A stretch of DNA of 64,000 bases from NCBI GenBank assembly GCA_963836205.1, contig CAWIIV010000007.1, forward strand, positions 32,001-96,000, written 5' to 3'. The notes beneath the pieces were generated by a model that saw only the letters and a program-made list of their open reading frames with translations, had not been told where the DNA came from and made no database searches. How positions within the stretch are numbered: the first letter of the stretch is position 1; every line of letters begins with the position of its first letter. This document shows, piece by piece, positions 58,256 through 64,000 of this stretch. Position numbers and translations under genes: made by a program. Source of the DNA: an uncultured Acidimicrobiia bacterium. GTDB taxonomy: Bacteria > Actinomycetota > Acidimicrobiia > Acidimicrobiales > AC-14.

Positions 58256-59965
58256 TCAGCCGCGGTTGATGGCCATCCAGAACCCGCGCCTGGGCAATGC
58301 GCCGCGGAGCTTCTCGAGGTCGATCCGCTCGCGGTTGCGCTGAGCCCGGCTCTGCTCGGCCGCCTCGCCGACCGTCGGCCAGTGCCGGTCGGGAAGCAGG
58401 CTCGGATTGCCGGTCTTCTTGGCCTCGGCCTCGAGGTCGGGGCTGACGAGCGGGATGCCGGTCGGCGCGGTCCCGGCGGCGCTCATCTTCCGCTGGAGCC
58501 GGGCGTGCAGCTCCCGCAGCCGCGGCTCGTCGTCGACGAGGCCGGCCAGATTCGAGTCCTCGGACGGGTCGGCCTTCAGGTCGTACATCTCGTACTCGAA
58601 CTTGCTGGCGATCGTGTTGAAGTACACCGCGTAGAGCCACTCGCCGGTGCGAATCGCCCGGATGTACGGCGGAATCTCGCCCGACAGATAGCCGTCGTCG
58701 TACGTGAAGTGGACCAACTCCTGCACCTGGGTGTCGGGGTCTTCGAGCACCGGGCCCAGGTCGACCCCGCGAAAGACGTACTCGTAGAAGTCGTACGAGC
58801 CCGCGATCCGGGCCAGCGTCGGCAGGAGGTCGATGCTGCTGGCCAGGGCCTCGGTCTCCCGCGGCTCGGGAAAGAGCAGGGGATTGGAGATGATCAGCGG
58901 CACGTGGATGGTCTCCTCGTAGGCGTTGTACATCTTCTCCCGCATCCCGTGCGCCACCCCCATCTCACCGTGGTCGGCGAAGCGCACGATGAGGGTCGAC
59001 TCGGTGAGCCCCCGTTCGTCGAGCGCGTCGAGGACGGCGGTCACGTGACGGTCGGCCAGCGTCTGCAGGTAGGCGTAGAAGTTGACGTAGGCGCTCTGGT
59101 TGGCCGGCAGCCTCATGCTCTTGTCGGGCCCGAACTCCTTCTCGGTCAGGGAGTCGTACTGGGCCCGGAAGTACTCCTGCGCCATCGGCTTGGTGACGAG
59201 ATCCTCGTCCGCGTTGGCGGGTATGGGCAGGCCGAACTCGCTACCCAGTCCCGGTACGTAGCCGCTGCCGGGGGCGAAGCCCGGCGCGGCCCAGATGTCG
59301 TGCGGGTTCACGATGGAGACGACCAGACAGAACGGTCCGTCTGCGGGGTCGACGGTGCGCAGGAACTCGAGCGCGCTCTGGCCGGCCGGCGAATCCCGGT
59401 CCCCGGGCAGGCGGACGCCGGTGGTGAAGCGGGCGTCGTTGTCGTACAGGTCGCCGCCGCCGAGGGTGCTGTAGTCGTCGATCGAGTCCCCGGCGTCGTT
59501 GGGGTTCCAGTCGTCGAACCCGTAGGCCGTGCGGATGAAGTCGACGTCGTCCTCAGTCCAACGATTCGTCCCGTCGACCGGCAGGCTGAGGTGCCACTTG
59601 CCCTTCCAGACCACCCTGTAGCCGGCGGCTTTCAGGACCCGCGCCAGGTTCGGCTGGGTCGGCAGGAGCGGTTGTTGTTCGAATCCCGGCGGCGCGTCGC
59701 CGTTGCTGCCGTCGCCCGGCATCGACAGCGTGTGCAAGACCCCGGTCTGGGCCGGATAGGTGCCCGTCAGCATCGCCCCCCGGCTCGGCGAGCAGGCACA
59801 CGTGGCGGTGAAGAAGTTGCGGAAGGTCAGGCCGTGCCGCATGAGCCGATTCATCGCCGGGAGGTGCTCGACCGCCCACTCGACGGGCCAGTCGCGCTCG
59901 AACCGCTGCTGGTCGTTCAACAAGATGAGGATGTTCGGCTTCATCGGAAGCTTCTCGAGACCCAT
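58256..59965 (-). CDS. sulfatase (Cys-type, formylglycine-dependent)
   Basis: PNIL....DQ, CSPSR..MLTG, GKWHL, NPHD, ADHGE, YEE...VPLI, E.YDL..DP.E..NL. Confidence 0.9.
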   Translation of the reverse strand: MGLEKLPMKPNILILLNDQQRFERDWPVEWAVEHLPAMNRLMRHGLTFRNFFTATCACSPSRGAMLTGTYPAQTGVLHTLSMPGDGSNGDAPPGFEQQPLLPTQPNLARVLKAAGYRVVWKGKWHLSLPVDGTNRWTEDDVDFIRTAYGFDDWNPNDAGDSIDDYSTLGGGDLYDNDARFTTGVRLPGDRDSPAGQSALEFLRTVDPADGPFCLVVSIVNPHDIWAAPGFAPGSGYVPGLGSEFGLPIPANADEDLVTKPMAQEYFRAQYDSLTEKEFGPDKSMRLPANQSAYVNFYAYLQTLADRHVTAVLDALDERGLTESTLIVRFADHGEMGVAHGMREKMYNAYEETIHVPLIISNPLLFPEPRETEALASSIDLLPTLARIAGSYDFYEYVFRGVDLGPVLEDPDTQVQELVHFTYDDGYLSGEIPPYIRAIRTGEWLYAVYFNTIASKFEYEMYDLKADPSEDSNLAGLVDDEPRLRELHARLQRKMSAAGTAPTGIPLVSPDLEAEAKKTGNPSLLPDRHWPTVGEAAEQSRAQRNRERIDLEKLRGALPRRGFWMAINRG

Positions 59966-60120
59966 GTCCGTCTCCTTGTGAGGTCCTACGGTCTTCTACC
60001 TCTTCTTGGTGGCTGGCGTCCGTCCTCCTGGGAGAATGTGCCGCCGTTGTATCGGTCGATGTCCCACACCGCGTGTGGCCGGTTCGGCTCGAAACACCTG
60101 CGCCCGATTGATTGACGGGT

Positions 60121-60594
60121 TTACCTGGCACCCGTCACGCAGAGCGGCCCGATGATGCAGCGGCAGTGATCGAGATCGTCCTCGATATTCTCCACGACGG
60201 CGTCGAGCCTCCTGTTGAGATGGATCATTGCCGAGTTGTCGCGGTGGACGACCGACGAAACCGCCACCGCGCCCGCGGCCTTGGCTTCAGCCATTACGGC
60301 CTCCTTGAGCATCCGGCCGTAGCCCTTGCGCTGGTGGCGCAAAGCGACTGCGACGACATCGCTTCGGCACAGGACTGGAGGCATCACGTCGTAGATTCGC
60401 CACGAAGCGACACCACAGAGCACGGCGTTCTCATCGAACAGCCCTACTGCAGACACACAACCAGCGACGAGCTGGTCGGTGAGGTCGTGCCTGACGACCT
60501 CCTGGACCGCCTCCGTCCATGCTTCGCCGATTCTGGCGCAGGTAAAGGTGGCAAGCAGCTCTCGATCGGCGGCGGTGAGCGGCCGGATCGTCAC
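60121..60594 (-). CDS. GNAT acetyltransferase, putative toxin
   Basis: L..F.C N-terminus, VAVALRHQRKGYG motif A, N.AM..LN; 8 bp downstream of the Panacea gene; lower GC than flanks. Confidence 0.75.
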   Translation of the reverse strand: MTIRPLTAADRELLATFTCARIGEAWTEAVQEVVRHDLTDQLVAGCVSAVGLFDENAVLCGVASWRIYDVMPPVLCRSDVVAVALRHQRKGYGRMLKEAVMAEAKAAGAVAVSSVVHRDNSAMIHLNRRLDAVVENIEDDLDHCRCIIGPLCVTGAR

Positions 60595-60602
60595 CGGATC
60601 GG

Positions 60603-61151
60603 TCAGGTTCGAACGCTGTCGCCCAAGATCCGGAGTGTTGCCTCGCGGAGGACATCCGGCATCGGGGGACCCTCAAGGCCGTAGACGTCCCGTCGCTCGC
60701 GCAGCCTTGCAACCGCGGCCCTTTGGGCGAGGTATTCGTCATCCTGGCCAAACCACGACAGGAGTGCGTGGTGGGTTATTTCCGGGTTCTCCGTGGCGAA
60801 GCTTTCGTCGCTCTCGCTCACATCCCTCCACGGGTCTTCGAGATGGGTCTTCCTCACCAACTCGCGGCCCGTGTACCTCCCATAGCGTCCGACCACATAG
60901 TCGATGACCGCGAGTTGGTCGTCATCCGGTTGCTGCGCCGGGGGGAGAAGGCGGCCCCGCTTTTCGTCGTGCCAGAGATCGGCGACGACCGGTCCGTTCG
61001 TCCAAGCCTCGATCTGCTCTGGGAACATGCATTCGCCAGTTCGTACGATGTGCCAACCCTGGCAGTAGTACACGAGCTTGTGTATCTTCAGGTCGCCTAC
61101 CTGAGGCAGCCGGTGGCGCAACTCACGGGCGACATCGTGCGCAGACAGCAT
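60603..61151 (-). CDS. Panacea (SocA/DUF4065) domain antitoxin
   Basis: SAHDVA, LKIHKLVYYCQGWH, F.E.IEAW.NGPVV, YG.....L...TH.E.PW. GGAAAGGAGG RBS. Confidence 0.88.
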   Translation of the reverse strand: MLSAHDVARELRHRLPQVGDLKIHKLVYYCQGWHIVRTGECMFPEQIEAWTNGPVVADLWHDEKRGRLLPPAQQPDDDQLAVIDYVVGRYGRYTGRELVRKTHLEDPWRDVSESDESFATENPEITHHALLSWFGQDDEYLAQRAAVARLRERRDVYGLEGPPMPDVLREATLRILGDSVRT

Positions 61152-61279
61152 GGGCGGCACCTCCTTTCCTGTCTCTACCAACGGTAACGAATGGCTGGGA
61201 CAGCTTCGGTGACCCCGCCGGAACGTTAACACCGCAGTCTGACGACACGTTGGCCGACGCCGCCGCAACGCCGTCCTAG

Positions 61280-62275
61280 TTACGCGGGAAGCAGCGCCGC
61301 TCCGATCGGCGAGGACTTCGCGTCGACAGTGGGGGCGCCGGTCGTCACCCGGACCGAGACCGCCGACCCCACCTCGAGGCCGAGGGACAGAGAGTCCGTC
61401 CGGGTCATCGTCGCGACCACGACCTGATCGGCGGTCGCGATCTCGAGCCGTACCTCGAATCCGACGCGGACGACCCGGTTGACGCGCCCTTGGACGGCGT
61501 CCGCGACCGCCGGGCCGGCTCGAACCTCCAGGTCGTGCGGGCGGACCAGCTTCGGGCCGAGCTGGGTCACCGGGCCCAGGAAGCGCATGACGAAGTCGCC
61601 GCTCGGAGAGTCGTAGAGGTCGTCGGGTGAGCCGATCTGCTCCACCCGACCTTCGTTGATGACGACGATCTCGTCGGCCACCTCCAGCGCCTCCTCCTGA
61701 TCGTGGGTGACGAAGACGGTGGTGACGTGGACCTCGTCGTGGAGGCGGCGCAGCCAGTCCCGCAGCTCCTTGCGCACCTGGGCGTCGAGGGCGCCGCACG
61801 GCTCGTCGAGGAGAAGCACCTTGGGCTCCACTGCCAGCGCTCGGGCCAGCGCCATCCGCTGCCGCTGGCCGCCCGAGAGCTGGGACGGGAGCCGGTCGGC
61901 GAACTGCTCGAGGTGCACCAACGCCAGCAGCTCGTGGACCCGCTCCTTGATCTCGGCCTTGGGCCGCTTGCGGATCTCCAGGCCGAACGCCACGTTGCGG
62001 CACACCGACAGGTGCTTGAAGGCGGCGTAGTCCTGGAACACGAACCCGATCTTCCGCCGCTCGGGCGGAAGATCGGTGGCGTCGACGCCCTCGATCTCCA
62101 CCCGGCCGTCGTCGGCCCGCTCCAGGCCGGCGATGATGCGCAGCAGCGTCGACTTGCCACCCCCACTGGGGCCGAGCAGGGCCGTGAGTTGGCCGGTCGG
62201 GATGCTCACCGAGACGTTGTCGAGGGCCACGAAGTCGCCGAAGCGCTTGTTGAGGTTGATGACCTCGATACTCAT
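61280..62275 (-). CDS. cysA: sulfate ABC transporter ATP-binding protein
   Basis: [50 protein letters not shown] tail. Confidence 0.92.
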   Translation of the reverse strand: MSIEVINLNKRFGDFVALDNVSVSIPTGQLTALLGPSGGGKSTLLRIIAGLERADDGRVEIEGVDATDLPPERRKIGFVFQDYAAFKHLSVCRNVAFGLEIRKRPKAEIKERVHELLALVHLEQFADRLPSQLSGGQRQRMALARALAVEPKVLLLDEPCGALDAQVRKELRDWLRRLHDEVHVTTVFVTHDQEEALEVADEIVVINEGRVEQIGSPDDLYDSPSGDFVMRFLGPVTQLGPKLVRPHDLEVRAGPAVADAVQGRVNRVVRVGFEVRLEIATADQVVVATMTRTDSLSLGLEVGSAVSVRVTTGAPTVDAKSSPIGAALLPA

Positions 62276-62285
62276 GTCCGGGGGC

Positions 62286-63131
62286 TCACTGTTCCTTCGG
62301 TCGGAGGATGGAGACGATCACGATGCAGGCGACGGAGATCAAGGCGAGCAGGAAGGCGGTGGCGTAGGCCCCGCCCCTGGTCGAAGTTGAGGTACTTCTC
62401 CTCCACCACGAGCGTGGCCGTTCGCGTCTCCCCCAGGATGTTGTCGGACACGACCTTGACCGCGCCGAACTCCCCCAGCGATCGGGCCAGGCTGAGGACG
62501 ACGCCGTAGACGATCGCCCACTTGATCGCCGGCAAGGTGATGCGGCGGAAGGTCTGCAAGGCGCTCGCCCCCAGGCTGTGGGCGGCCTGCTCCTGCTCGA
62601 CGCCGATCTCCTCGAGCACCGGCACCACCTCCCGGATGACGAGCGGGAGGGCCACGAACACCGGCCATCACGATCCCGGGAGTGTTGAAGATCACCCGGA
62701 GTCCGGCGCCCTCGAGCGTGGGCCCGAACCAGCCGTCCCGACCCCCGTACACCAGGACCAGGGCGAGGCCCACCACGATCGGCGACACCGACAGGGGCAG
62801 GTCGATGAGGGCGCTCAGGATCCGCTTGCCCGGGAACTGGTACCGCGTCAGTAGCATCGAGATACCGACGCCGAAGACGGTGTTGATCACCACCGCGATG
62901 ACGGCCACGGTGACGGTGAGGCGCAGGGCGTGGACGATGTCGGGGTCGTCGAGCACGCGCCCGCAGGTTGTCGAGGCCGCCGGCGAAGGTCTTGCGGGCA
63001 ACGAGCGACACCGGCCACGCCACCAGGAGGAACAGATAGGCGGTGGCGATCAGACGGAAGACGTAGGTGCTGACGGTGGGCTTCGGTTTGTACCGGCGAC
63101 CCACGGCCGGCACCGGGGGATGGTCAACCAC
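62286..63131 (-). pseudogene. cysW: sulfate ABC transporter permease, several frameshifts
   Basis: IDLPLSVSPIVVG, REVVPVLEE.G.EQEQAA..LGA, ARSLGEFGAV split over three frames. Confidence 0.85.
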
Positions 63132-63350
63132 GTCGGGCCACCCGCCGTTGCAGGACGTCGAGGATCACGATCACCGCCAGCGAGATGGCGAGCAGGATGA
63201 CCGCCACCGCGGCGGCTCCGGCCGGGTTGTCGTTCTCGATACTGCTCAGGATGCGCACCGAGGTGACCTCGGTCTTGAAGGGCAGGTTTCCCGAGAGCAG
63301 CACCAGCGACCCGTACTCGCTCACCCCCCGGGCGAACGAGAGCCCCGGTC
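63124..63350 (-). pseudogene. cysT: sulfate ABC transporter permease, C-terminal remnant
   Basis: GLSFARGVSEYGSLVLLSGNLPFKTEV; similarity stops abruptly near 63350. Confidence 0.8.
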
Positions 63351-63825
63351 GAGCTACGCCTCGGGGCACTCGTTGGGCGCCTGGGGTCCTCCAGCAGCTC
63401 GGCGAGCATGCCACCCGGCCGGCGGCGCCTCCGGGCCACGAGCGTGGTGCGGGGCGGTGGCGGTCCGGCCATGGCTACGACGAGGTCGTCGTAGCCAGCA
63501 CGGCGATGACGGCACTGTGCCGGCTGTGACCCCATCACCGGCGCGGGGGTCCTGCTGCCCCCGCCCCTGATGGTGGGCGGGGTCGGGCACCACGGGCGAC
63601 GATCATCTGGTCCGGATCGCATACATCGCCCGGCTCCAGTGACGTGTTCTCTCTCACTGGCCGCCGTACGCGAACTGCTGTGGGGCTGGGACCAGGGCCC
63701 GCCCGCACCGAGGTGTGGGGTAGGCCTTGCCGGCCGGCCTCGCCACCGCCCAGTTGGGATACCATCACGGCGCGGCTCGGGCGCGACACGACTTTCAGAT
63801 TTCAAATCGAGAAAGGATCCGTCCC

Positions 63826-64000
63826 ATGAGGAGTCGGCTCTCACTACTCATGGTTGGCGCGCTTACGGCGACCATGCTACTTATCGTCACCCCGGCGGCG
63901 TCGGCGGGGCCGCAGCCGGTCGACCTTACGTGCGTAGGCAACTTGGCGGCCACGTTCAGCCCCGGCGTCACCTTGGCGTCCGTTGACCAGACGGTGACCG
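63826..64000 (+). CDS. secreted protein (N-terminus; runs off window)
   Basis: GAAAGGA RBS; MRSRLSLLMVGALTATMLLIVTPAASAGPQPVDLTCVG...FSPG. Confidence 0.65.
   Translation, partial: MRSRLSLLMVGALTATMLLIVTPAASAGPQPVDLTCVGNLAATFSPGVTLASVDQTVT

Overview
High-GC actinobacterial chromosomal window; gene content and order suggest Acidimicrobiia, which is an inference. 1-24 kb is the conserved oriC-proximal block: DegV, DUF6049-like, GNAT, HDAC, cca, dcd, ino1/PadR, DUF5318, class A PBP, panB, rpsF-ssb-rplI and dnaB. It carries two selfish elements. One is a group II intron (~3310-5267) sitting exactly at the start codon of a deacetylase gene. It is flanked by ATG on both sides, lies behind a leaderless-type -10 box and has a CAT-containing loop that could pair with the AUG; this is the strongest novelty candidate. 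The other is a LAGLIDADG intein in dnaB, with atypical codon patches at both known DnaB intein sites and LexA and DnaA boxes upstream. rpsR is absent from the rpsF-ssb-rplI operon. 24-34 kb is an accessory patchwork of small genes and fragments, including a scrambled siderophore ABC operon and a DUF6036 two-gene module. 34-64 kb holds a copper-uptake cassette, a BTAD-ATPase-TPR regulator, a candidate C-rich-loop sRNA, hutHUIG, glpX, a ligase-less LigD, a sulfatase, a Panacea-GNAT toxin-antitoxin pair and a decayed cysTWA. Several single-base frameshifts may be sequencing errors. All product calls come from motif recognition by eye, not database searches.
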